A stretch of DNA of 64,000 bases, taken from NCBI GenBank assembly GCA_044236265.1, contig JBIIGV010000233.1:1-64000 (forward strand), in the 5' to 3' direction. A program made the translations under genes and the position numbers. Below are positions 20,072 through 28,408 of this stretch, one piece after another. The DNA is from Oligoflexales bacterium (lineage in GTDB: Bacteria > Bdellovibrionota_B > Oligoflexia > Oligoflexales > RGVZ01). Under the pieces are notes generated by a model. The model was not told the DNA's origin and searched no databases. It saw nothing but the letters and a program-made list of their open reading frames with translations. The first letter of the stretch is position 1; every line of letters starts with the position of its first letter.

Positions 20072-20396
20072 TTTTTCCTCCGTTGGAAAACTTGGTTGGT
20101 GTTTGCCTTAGCGCCCAGCATTCAAGATAAGCCAACCCGTTTGAACGTCTGGGTTAATAATGAGCATGGTAACTAAGGCTGCCTGTGGGTAGAAACTAGT
20201 ATGTCAAACTGACCAACGCAAGATTTTTTAACTCTAATGATTTTAGCACCTTGGCAAGACAGGTGTGAGTGAGTTCTGGCCTCTCAACCCGATGAACGTT
20301 GATTGTTTCGATAATCGTGATTGCCTGTGAGGTGGAGGTGCTGGTAAGAAGCGGCCTCTAAATAAGCAAGATGTCCTATGTTTTTGCAGGTTCGGC

Positions 20397-20654
20397 ATGA
20401 AATCACTAGTGTCTATCATCGTCTTGAGTGTGGTCTCTGGTGTGTTTGCATCGCGTGTCACGGCGCATGACGAAAATAAAGCTGAGCTGTGGTCATGCAG
20501 GGGCTACTGTTTTATGGGCGGTGATACGCCAACCAATCCTTGGATCCCAGTTAGTTCTACTGGTGCTTCGGAGGAAGAAGCTAGGGATAATATCGACTGC
20601 GGATCATTCATCGAGGTTGAAATCACTTGCCGAAAAGTGGAATACATTAGGTAG
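20397..20654 (+). CDS. Secreted 4-Cys small protein (85 aa)
   Basis: Signal peptide MKSLVSIIVLSVVSGVFASRVTA and C-x3-C-x29-C-x9-C, followed directly by a terminator. Confidence 0.75.
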   Translation: MKSLVSIIVLSVVSGVFASRVTAHDENKAELWSCRGYCFMGGDTPTNPWIPVSSTGASEEEARDNIDCGSFIEVEITCRKVEYIR

Positions 20655-20668
20655 TGCGATCATTAATT

Positions 20669-20708
20669 AAAAAACGATTGGCTGTATTGATGCAGCCAAT
20701 CGTTTTTT
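20669..20708. terminator. Bidirectional Rho-independent terminator
   Basis: AAAAAACGATTGGCTGTA-TTGA-TGCAGCCAATCGTTTTTT, between the convergent stops at 20654 and 20726. Confidence 0.9.
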
Positions 20709-20725
20709 GTCTTCAAAGGAACCGA

Positions 20726-21778
20726 TTAGGACCTTTTCTTCTCGATCATGACGATGGAGAACTTTTTTGATGATCCATTGAATGAGCAATAACCAGTTTT
20801 AATATCGCGTTTTAGATCACTGATGTAGTGGTCAACTACTGCCGGTTTCGCTGTTGCACATGCTTCAATAGATTCATAGACGGTTTCAGGCTTGATGATG
20901 AGCATCTGAGAGGGTGTCTGTGACATGCTAACTAAAGCCGCACCAGTGCGTGCCAATGGGTCCTTTGCACAATAGACACCAAAGCTTCGCAAATCCGAGT
21001 CATTAAGAATTCTTTGAGTGTCCTCAACAAGCTGGGTACAGTCTGTGGGGTTTTGAAATTCAGATATCGTCATTTCTTCCAGGCGAATGGTTTGGTCGCC
21101 GTAGTATCGTACTGCTAGGTTTTGGTGACTGAGAGCATTCTCAACTGTGAGCTGTGCGACTTCGAAACCAAACTTGGCAAATTCCCGGCTCATCATGTCC
21201 GTAAATGTTTCCCGCGTATGGCCGAGAATTGTTCCAAAAACATTGCTGGAAACAGCGTATGGACGGCGCTCCGGATTGCCAAAGCTTGTGACATTGATTT
21301 CCCATGAATCACTGCTGTACGAGGGAATCACACAGTAGGCGGAAAAAATATCAAGCTTCGTTTGGCGGGTGAAGATTTCTTTTTCAGAATCAATCGTGGC
21401 AATGCACGCCTCTTTGGTCTTAAATTGTGGTCTGAAATAACTAAAAACTTCGTAAGTCGAAACAATCGGAAGCTGCTTTTCTGCGGTGTAGCTGATCTCA
21501 ACATCCCATCGCGCAAGTGGTCCGTGGCTTCCGTTATCAACACATCTTGCATCCGTAACGTCGATTTGCAGGCCTAGTGTGTTCGCCAAGAAGGTTTTGA
21601 GACGCTGTCCCTCCGAGTAGGCGACATCGTCACAAAGAGTGCTGCTATCAGGGGTTAATCCATCGATTCTGAACAAAAAGTTACCTGCCACTGCCGCGGA
21701 CGAAGAAATAGCCGCAAGCATAGTCGCAACTATGGCTTTTTTGCTGATGATCTTAAATGACGCTAAATTAAAACGCAT
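20726..21778 (-). CDS. Secreted hypothetical protein with an internal C...YC repeat
   Basis: 350 aa with a GGAG RBS and a signal peptide ending AVA. Carries three to four repeated Cys pairs. Confidence 0.75.
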   Translation of the reverse strand: MRFNLASFKIISKKAIVATMLAAISSSAAVAGNFLFRIDGLTPDSSTLCDDVAYSEGQRLKTFLANTLGLQIDVTDARCVDNGSHGPLARWDVEISYTAEKQLPIVSTYEVFSYFRPQFKTKEACIATIDSEKEIFTRQTKLDIFSAYCVIPSYSSDSWEINVTSFGNPERRPYAVSSNVFGTILGHTRETFTDMMSREFAKFGFEVAQLTVENALSHQNLAVRYYGDQTIRLEEMTISEFQNPTDCTQLVEDTQRILNDSDLRSFGVYCAKDPLARTGAALVSMSQTPSQMLIIKPETVYESIEACATAKPAVVDHYISDLKRDIKTGYCSFNGSSKKFSIVMIEKKRS

Positions 21779-21805
21779 AAGAACTCCATTTCTTGTGGTT
21801 AAGAT

Positions 21806-22927
21806 TCATTTACAGGATGACTGAATGCGATCTGAAAAAGACTGATCGAGTTTGACCACTCGATTATTTTCCTTATCGCAAGGTTCAAGGATTGGATTGC
21901 AGGCATTGGCAGCGCGTGCAAAAACCGTTGACGTTTTGTCGTCGATGACAATGCTCTTGATGCCAGAGAATTCATCAGCCCCCATGTTGATCTCGTCAGC
22001 AAACATCGGCAAGGATGCCTCACCATTCAAGTCAAAAACCTCAACTACATTTGATTCGTCATTGCCGACAACGACGCAATGCCCGGTGATAACAAAAGAT
22101 CGTGGATAGCCTTTAGTCTTGAATTCATGGCGGGTCTCTCCGGAGACTGTGTCGATTACCCTGACTTTGCTCTCCGATAATGCGCTGGTGACGATTTGTG
22201 ATGTTCCAGGAAGTACTGCGATGCCGCGGTATTTTGCTGCTTTTGATTTTGTGATGACCCTGGTCGCTGAGGTCTTTGGATCCACTTCCACGATGCTGGA
22301 TGCGTCCTGGCCCATCCCTTCACTCGAGACTAGCAGCAGTTTTCCATTGAGACTTGTGCCAGACACTGGCATGCGCACTCGCGCAGCAAGGTATTTGGAA
22401 TCTGTGCCTGTCGAGGAAAAGATTGTTTGGGCTGGAAGACCAGCCGCCGGATCACTTGTATCGTTTGGATTGCCGCCCATATCGGTGAAGAAGTGGCGAC
22501 CATTCACGGTGGAAACCCAAAAGGTAATAAAACCGCCGAGGGCGATTTCTTTAGTTGTCTTTTTGATTTTTCCATTTTCGAGACGCGCCAATGTATACTG
22601 CGTCAGACGAGATTCTGGGCTGATCCCGGTGATGATGATGGAGCCGTTACCTGCCACTTTCATGGAATTAAGACTATGCGATAGCGTGACTCTATCAATC
22701 AGGGTGCCATTAGGTTGGTAAGCTTCGAGTCTATAATTTGCGTTAAACTGCAGGCGAGACTGACCAATCCACAAGACGTCTCCGTCTGCCACCATGGAGT
22801 CATAAGGCTCTCCTCGATCTAGTAAAGTCACAGTTTCTGCTGCGTTAGCCCACGTGGACGTTACAATCAGCGCAGCAAAAAATGAATTTAAAAAGCTTAT
22901 CCTCAGCATCATCGTGGTCCTCTTCAT
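21806..22927 (-). CDS. Secreted beta-propeller-like protein (YncE/NHL-like)
   Basis: AAGGAG RBS before ATG 22927 (the track starts at 22975) and a signal peptide ending ANA. Blade-like segments: SIVEVDPKT, KVRVIDTVSG, GYPRSFVI, VVEVFDLNG. Confidence 0.65.
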   Translation of the reverse strand: MKRTTMMLRISFLNSFFAALIVTSTWANAAETVTLLDRGEPYDSMVADGDVLWIGQSRLQFNANYRLEAYQPNGTLIDRVTLSHSLNSMKVAGNGSIIITGISPESRLTQYTLARLENGKIKKTTKEIALGGFITFWVSTVNGRHFFTDMGGNPNDTSDPAAGLPAQTIFSSTGTDSKYLAARVRMPVSGTSLNGKLLLVSSEGMGQDASSIVEVDPKTSATRVITKSKAAKYRGIAVLPGTSQIVTSALSESKVRVIDTVSGETRHEFKTKGYPRSFVITGHCVVVGNDESNVVEVFDLNGEASLPMFADEINMGADEFSGIKSIVIDDKTSTVFARAANACNPILEPCDKENNRVVKLDQSFSDRIQSSCK

Positions 22928-23084
22928 AATGTTGTATCTCCTTGTGAGTATGGTTGAGCTAACACGCCGGCGCAACGGCTAATTTTTGGGTCAAACCGCC
23001 ATCATCAGGTTTAAAATATGAGCTTTAGCTGGCATTGCAAGAATGTTCGTCATGTTGGCTATTTTCACTGAGCGCAGGAATCAA

Positions 23085-23112
23085 TTGATTTGCGCTTTTT
23101 GCGGGCTATACT
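23085..23112 (+). promoter_or_regulatory. sigma70-like promoter abutting the start codon (possible leaderless mRNA)
   Basis: TTGATT (23085-23090), a 16-nt spacer, then TATACT (23107-23112). ATG 23119 is 7 nt downstream and has no Shine-Dalgarno. Confidence 0.5.
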
Positions 23113-23118
23113 TTAGCT

Positions 23119-24636
23119 ATGCTTAATTCCTATGCATTGCTTTTTGTTGATTGTCAGTCCACGGGGGCAAGCCCTCAAACAAGCTCATTGCTGGAGCTTG
23201 CCGTCAATGGGCAGTCCTGGGTTTTACGTCAGGACGAGGCAGTTAGTCCCAAAATACTGCGTCTAATTGGCATATCGTCCGAGGAGATCGCAATCGGCAA
23301 GTCGGCTGACGAGGTGTTCGCTGACTTTACACAGTTGATCGACGATGCACGGGAAGGTTTTGGCGAGAAGATTTTTGCGGTCGCTCATTTTGCCAGGCTC
23401 GAGCAGTCTTATTTGGACCGCCTTTGGCAAAATTTTGCCCAAACAAATTTTCCACTACCTTTGATTTGTACACACAAGTTGGCAAAAATACTTCACCCGC
23501 GTCTTCCCAACTATGGGCTAAGAGCACTTGGTGGTTGGTTTGGCAAACCTTTAGACGATGGTAAACGTGCCGCCCATCACGTTGACGCTACGCGTTGCAT
23601 TTGGAATGCGCTCTCAGTCGAACTTGATCGGCGGGGCATCGGAACACTGGATGATCTAATAAAATTCATGGAGCAGAAGCCAGCTCGCGCCAGTGGTCGT
23701 CGCGAGTTTTTGATTACTCGCGAGAGGCGTTTGGGGCTTCCCTCTGATCCAGGTGTTTATCGTTATCTGGATCGTAATGGAAAAATCCTTTATGTGGGTA
23801 AGGCTACATCGCTAAAATCACGTGTTAACAGTTACTTCACCGGTGGATGTCGTGGAGATCATCGTAAACTTGAAATGCTGGCGCAGGCAGTCGAGGTTGA
23901 GGTCACCACCACTGAAGCTCCTCTCTTTGCGGGTCTCCTGGAATATGACGAGATTCGTAGGTTAAAGCCACCTTACAATATCGCCTTCAAGGGCCGTGGG
24001 CGCGATCACTTGCAGGCTCTGCAGATCCTTATGGTTCCTCCGACTCAGATTGTCATGTTTGAATATGCAAATATCATGAAGGAGTATTTTTATGATCTTG
24101 AGGATCAAAATATTCTCGTTGATGGATTAAAGTTGTGGCGTCACAAAAGAGGTGTATCGGTAGAGGATACGCTATCAGAGAGAAGCCTCCTAAATCTTGG
24201 AATGCCCCTTCTAAAAAACTGGATTGCTGAAGAACGACAAAGACGAAATTGTCGTGAGATAGACGTGGACGATGCCACGGATTCAGAGGAAGAATACATT
24301 GACGGCGTCGATGACGAAGATAATTTTGTATGGACTGCTGAAGTTGTGGTAGCCGTTTGTGAGAGAATCGTCAGACGGGCGACACGGAATTATATCCGGT
24401 CCAAATGGTTGCGCCGGATTGCTGGAGCGACAATACAATTGAAATTTACAGCAGGACGGAAACAGAAACATAACACTGCAGATCGAGAGGCCACGATTTT
24501 TCCGTCAGAACGATATCCTGAGGTAGATCTTCGTCGGGTTGGCGTGTTGGTGCACGAGCTTCGTCGTATGGAATCCAAAGGCGACAAGTGGCAGATTATC
24601 AGTCCGTGGCCCATGACGATTCCCTTTTGGATTTAG
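23119..24636 (+). CDS. DnaQ/DEDDh-like exonuclease domain (degenerate) fused to a UvrC-type GIY-YIG endonuclease
   Basis: N-terminal exonuclease-fold motifs FVDCQSTG, VAHFARLEQSYL, ICTHKLAK and KRAAHHVDAT. GIY-YIG motifs LPSDPGVYRY...LYVGKATSLKSRVNSYF...LLEYDEI..LKPPYN. Confidence 0.85.
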   Translation: MLNSYALLFVDCQSTGASPQTSSLLELAVNGQSWVLRQDEAVSPKILRLIGISSEEIAIGKSADEVFADFTQLIDDAREGFGEKIFAVAHFARLEQSYLDRLWQNFAQTNFPLPLICTHKLAKILHPRLPNYGLRALGGWFGKPLDDGKRAAHHVDATRCIWNALSVELDRRGIGTLDDLIKFMEQKPARASGRREFLITRERRLGLPSDPGVYRYLDRNGKILYVGKATSLKSRVNSYFTGGCRGDHRKLEMLAQAVEVEVTTTEAPLFAGLLEYDEIRRLKPPYNIAFKGRGRDHLQALQILMVPPTQIVMFEYANIMKEYFYDLEDQNILVDGLKLWRHKRGVSVEDTLSERSLLNLGMPLLKNWIAEERQRRNCREIDVDDATDSEEEYIDGVDDEDNFVWTAEVVVAVCERIVRRATRNYIRSKWLRRIAGATIQLKFTAGRKQKHNTADREATIFPSERYPEVDLRRVGVLVHELRRMESKGDKWQIISPWPMTIPFWI

Positions 24637-24644
24637 GTGAGATC

Positions 24645-26993
24645 GTGGCAAAGCTCAAGATTGCAGTGACAGATTTCGCGCAAAAAAATCAGTTGTCTGG
24701 TGATATTGATGAATCACAGGCTACAGGTCAGGTTTCTCCAGAATTGGGAATGGAGATTCACCGTGAGATTCAGGATCGCCGCGCGTCCGAGTTTTTGGAC
24801 TACCAACGTGAACATCAAGTCAAAGGCTGTCTCACAACATCCAGGGATCTAGAGATTGATCTATCCGGACGCATAGACGGCATGTGGTCAGAGGGAGACT
24901 CTCTCCTTGTTGAGGATGTTAAAAGTACGCTTAATCTACGTAAGCTCCGGCGAAATCTTTTGGAGGATCCGGAGCATGATTATATCTTGCAGGTTAAAAC
25001 CTATGGTTGGCTGCTTTGGAAACAGCGCGGCATCGTGCCAAGACTTAGACTTTTACTCGTGTCCGCAGGGAGCCGCGAGGAAGAAGTCTTTCCCGTGGAG
25101 TTTGACCCGGAAAAATTTTCTGAATGGGTAGAGCTGCGCCAAGAGTTTTTGGAAAAACTATGGGTCGAGGTTCGTCAATTCAAGATGCGGCGCAAAGAGA
25201 TGGTAAAAGATCTGAAATTTCCCTTTGCGCGTAAACGCTCAGGTCAGTCTGAATTAATCAAAGAGGTTGAATCGGCATGTAAATCAAAGTTACAACTCAT
25301 TATTCAGGCGCCGACAGGACTTGGTAAGACTGCCGGAGTGCTTTTTCCGTTGCTTAAGTCGGGTCTTCGCCGTGGTGACAAAGTTTTCTATGTAACTCCT
25401 AAAAATAGTCAGCTTCGAGAGGCGGAAAAATTTCTTAAATCTGTATCTGCTGATGGTAGTGGTCCGTTAGGTTTGGTTCTGACGGCCAAGCCCAAGATTT
25501 GCATGAATACAGAGGTTCGCTGCACGCCGGATGCCTGTCCGTTCGCTAAAGGTCACTACGATAAAGTTAATGAACATAGACTTATTGACGCTTTGAGGCA
25601 TGAACCGATGATTACCGGTGACTTGCTTCGGGATTACGCAGCCCGTTATCAAGTCTGTCCTTATGAATTAAGCAGGCTGCTTTTGCCATGGGTGGATCTC
25701 GTCGCGGGAGATTATCATTATGCGCTTTCGCCACAGGCAAACCTGAGAGAGATTGCAAAGCTACCGCTGGTTGATGATCCCAAACCTTTACTTGCGATTG
25801 ATGAGGCGCACAATCTCGCTGAGCGTGCGCTGGATTGGTATAGTCATCCTGTGGGTCCAGTTCCCGATGCGGTCTTAGCCATTAGTCCAAAAAAATTACG
25901 GCGACGGATGGCAAAAGCTAATGAGTGGCTACTGTCTTGTCTGTCAGGCGCTCCTGCCGGTTCTGTTCTTCGCACGCTTGATCGCAAAGCTCTGATAGAG
26001 GTTGTTAATCTTTGGTCGGCAGAAATGCCCTTGGTTCTGGAGTCTGCGACAGGTGATGATGACATTAAGCCGATCATCGAAAACTGGTTTAGTTGGCTAA
26101 GCCTTAGTGAGCTGTGTCAGTGTCCCGATGAGCTTTTTTTCGCCACAAGAAGCCAAGATGGGCTCGGGTTGACGCTCCATTGTGTCAATGCCGGTCCTCT
26201 TATGCGGGAAACGTTGAGTAAATATCATTCCATAGTCGCATTCTCTGCCACGATGAAGCCATTTTCCTATCATCAAACCATGGTCGGCTTTACAGAGGAT
26301 CGCACCATCACAAAGGAATTTACTTCACCTTTTCCCCGAGAACACAGGAAAATTATTGCGATTCCGCAAATTTCGACGGCTTGGCGCGACCGGCCGCGAA
26401 GTTTGAATAGAATCGTTGAAGTTGTCGAGCGAGTGATTGCCATGAAACGCGGCAACTACATCGCTTTTTTTCCGAGCTTTGAACTCTTGAGACAGGCGTT
26501 ACCTTTGGTCAGTGCTGAAGGCTTTGAAGTAATCGAGCAGCCTGCCGGTGCATCCATAAGCTGGGTGCAGGATGTTTTGCGTAAGCTACGTAAACGTCGC
26601 AATATTTTACTTTTTGCTGTGCAGGGCGGAGTCCTTTCCGAAGGTATCGATTTGCCTGGTGATCAGTTGATAGGTGCCTTCATTATCGGTCCAGCGTTAT
26701 CGATGATTACCACTGAGCGAGAGGAGCGTCGAAAACGTCTCAGTGCAGACGGTACAGATGGATATGCTCTAACTTATGGTTACCCAGCCATGGCCAAAAG
26801 TATTCAGTCCGCAGGGCGAGTCATCAGATCGTCAAAAGATCGAGGACTCATCATCCTCATGGATCCCCGATTCCTAAAGCCGCCATACTCCGACGCTATA
26901 CCATCCGATTGGATTGGCGAGGGCGGGTCGGCCGAAACATTGATAAGTCGTTCAATTTTGTCAGATATTGCAAGCTTTTGGTCAGAGTCCTAA
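24645..26993 (+). CDS. DinG/XPD (Rad3)-family Fe-S helicase with an N-terminal PD-(D/E)xK nuclease domain
   Basis: Nuclease motifs G.EIH, GRIDG, EDVKST, QVKTY. Helicase: Q motif RSGQ, APTGLGKT, Fe-S Cys in KIC..RC..DACP..VCPYE, IDEAHNL, FSAT, FFPSF, EGIDL, QSAGRVIR. Start placed at GTG 24645 after AGGTGA; the track uses 24588. Confidence 0.9.
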   Translation: MAKLKIAVTDFAQKNQLSGDIDESQATGQVSPELGMEIHREIQDRRASEFLDYQREHQVKGCLTTSRDLEIDLSGRIDGMWSEGDSLLVEDVKSTLNLRKLRRNLLEDPEHDYILQVKTYGWLLWKQRGIVPRLRLLLVSAGSREEEVFPVEFDPEKFSEWVELRQEFLEKLWVEVRQFKMRRKEMVKDLKFPFARKRSGQSELIKEVESACKSKLQLIIQAPTGLGKTAGVLFPLLKSGLRRGDKVFYVTPKNSQLREAEKFLKSVSADGSGPLGLVLTAKPKICMNTEVRCTPDACPFAKGHYDKVNEHRLIDALRHEPMITGDLLRDYAARYQVCPYELSRLLLPWVDLVAGDYHYALSPQANLREIAKLPLVDDPKPLLAIDEAHNLAERALDWYSHPVGPVPDAVLAISPKKLRRRMAKANEWLLSCLSGAPAGSVLRTLDRKALIEVVNLWSAEMPLVLESATGDDDIKPIIENWFSWLSLSELCQCPDELFFATRSQDGLGLTLHCVNAGPLMRETLSKYHSIVAFSATMKPFSYHQTMVGFTEDRTITKEFTSPFPREHRKIIAIPQISTAWRDRPRSLNRIVEVVERVIAMKRGNYIAFFPSFELLRQALPLVSAEGFEVIEQPAGASISWVQDVLRKLRKRRNILLFAVQGGVLSEGIDLPGDQLIGAFIIGPALSMITTEREERRKRLSADGTDGYALTYGYPAMAKSIQSAGRVIRSSKDRGLIILMDPRFLKPPYSDAIPSDWIGEGGSAETLISRSILSDIASFWSES

Positions 26994-27105
26994 TTCGGAC
27001 TTATATAGCGACATTGCGAAAGCGAGAACTCATCTGTCTATAATAGAGAGAGTTGATGGTTTTTATTTAGGTATTAAGTCGGCTTACGTCCAGAGGTAGT
27101 CATTT

Positions 27106-28260
27106 ATGATGAGTTTCAAATTATCGTCAGAGCAACAAGCAATTATTGATATGGCGCGAGAGTTTGCTCACAAAGAAATGATGCCAAAAGCGGCGCATTT
27201 CGATGAGACGATGGACTATCCTTGGGACATCATTAAAAAAGCTCACGCAAACGGTTTGCTGAATCTTGGTCTGAAAGAAGAGCATGGTGGACTCGGGGTT
27301 GGATCGCTTGTGCAAAGCATGGTTGTCGAAGAGCTCGCATATGGCTGCTCTGGGATGTCGACTGCAATTACAGCCAATGATTTAGCACTCGGTCCATTAT
27401 TGGTGGCCGCCAATCAGGAACAAATCGAAGAATTTGTGAAGCCGATGGTTAACGAGGCTAAAATGGCGGCCTACTGTGTAACGGAGCCAGGAGCCGGAAG
27501 TGACGTTGCTGGAATTAGGACGAGCTGCAAAAAAGACGGCGATAACTATATTTTAAATGGCGAAAAAATGTGGATCACGAATGGTTCCGTTGCGTCTTGG
27601 TATTTTGTTTTGGCAACCATGGACTCCTCACTTGGTCACAAAGGAATGTGCGGTTTTGTTGTGCCGTCAAATTTGCCCGGTATCACTGTTGGCAAGAAAG
27701 AGGTCAACCTGGGACAGCGTTGCTCTGACACCCGAGGCATTGTCTTTAAAGATGTGAAGGTTCCGAAGAAATATTTGCTTGGCAAAGAGGGCGAGGGATT
27801 TAAGTACGCTATGAAAGCGTTTGACCATTCGCGCCCATTCGTTGCGGCAGTTGGGGTTGGTATTGCCCAATGCGCGATGGATCATGCCGTCAAATATTCT
27901 TTGGAACGCAAAACTTTTGGAAAGCCGATTGCAGAGCACCAAGCAGTGGCATTTATGATTTCTGATATGGCAACTGAAATAGAGGCATCGCGACTACTCT
28001 ACCAAAAAGCGGCTTGGATGGCTGATGCAGGAATCAAAAACACCAAGTGGTGCTCCATGGCAAAATGTATGGGTGGAGACATTGCTGTCAAAGTATCGCA
28101 GGATGCTGTCCAGATCTTTGGTGGTTATGGCTATAACTCCGAATATCCGGTTGAGAAGTTATACCGTGACTCAAAAATTTGTCAGATCTATGAAGGCACT
28201 CAGCAAATCCAAAGAGTCATTATCAGTAGAGCTGTTTTTGCTGAGTACTCCCAAAGTTAA
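27106..28260 (+). CDS. Acyl-CoA dehydrogenase (medium-chain type)
   Basis: AYCVTEPGAGSDVAG, NGEKMWITNG, GQRCSDTRG, RKTFGK, QIFGGYGY..EYPVEK..RD and the catalytic YEGT. GAGG RBS. Confidence 0.95.
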   Translation: MMSFKLSSEQQAIIDMAREFAHKEMMPKAAHFDETMDYPWDIIKKAHANGLLNLGLKEEHGGLGVGSLVQSMVVEELAYGCSGMSTAITANDLALGPLLVAANQEQIEEFVKPMVNEAKMAAYCVTEPGAGSDVAGIRTSCKKDGDNYILNGEKMWITNGSVASWYFVLATMDSSLGHKGMCGFVVPSNLPGITVGKKEVNLGQRCSDTRGIVFKDVKVPKKYLLGKEGEGFKYAMKAFDHSRPFVAAVGVGIAQCAMDHAVKYSLERKTFGKPIAEHQAVAFMISDMATEIEASRLLYQKAAWMADAGIKNTKWCSMAKCMGGDIAVKVSQDAVQIFGGYGYNSEYPVEKLYRDSKICQIYEGTQQIQRVIISRAVFAEYSQS

Positions 28261-28325
28261 AATTTGGTCACTCTGAAACAAATAATGAATTTAGCAATCA
28301 TCTCAGCATAGCTTGATCGATGCGG

Positions 28326-28352
28326 TTAAGCTGTGCGCGTAACCTCCGATAA
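28326..28352 (+). promoter_or_regulatory. sigma28 (FliA)-type promoter
   Basis: TTAAGCTG-N11-TCCGATAA against the consensus TAAAGTTT-N11-GCCGATAA, 57 nt upstream of the 28409 start. Confidence 0.7.
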
Positions 28353-28408
28353 CTACTAGGTTAAATTAAAACTGACTAGATGGTCACCTAGGGGCGGAGG
28401 ATCAGCTT

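Noticed and set aside
22119..22721. 200-aa plus-strand ORF, and similar antisense ORFs over ybbP, mmsA, URC1 and the protease
   Set aside because: Each lies entirely opposite a better-supported gene and shows no recognisable motif.
24645..26993. Cas4 / CasDinG (type IV CRISPR) interpretation
   Set aside because: No CRISPR array or other cas genes are visible, and the nuclease domain lacks the four-Cys Fe-S pattern of Cas4.
27014..27044. sigma70 promoter TTGCGA...TATAAT upstream of the acyl-CoA dehydrogenase
   Set aside because: The -10 is perfect but the spacer is 19 nt and there is no correctly placed extended-10 TG. Plausible, but too weak to list.
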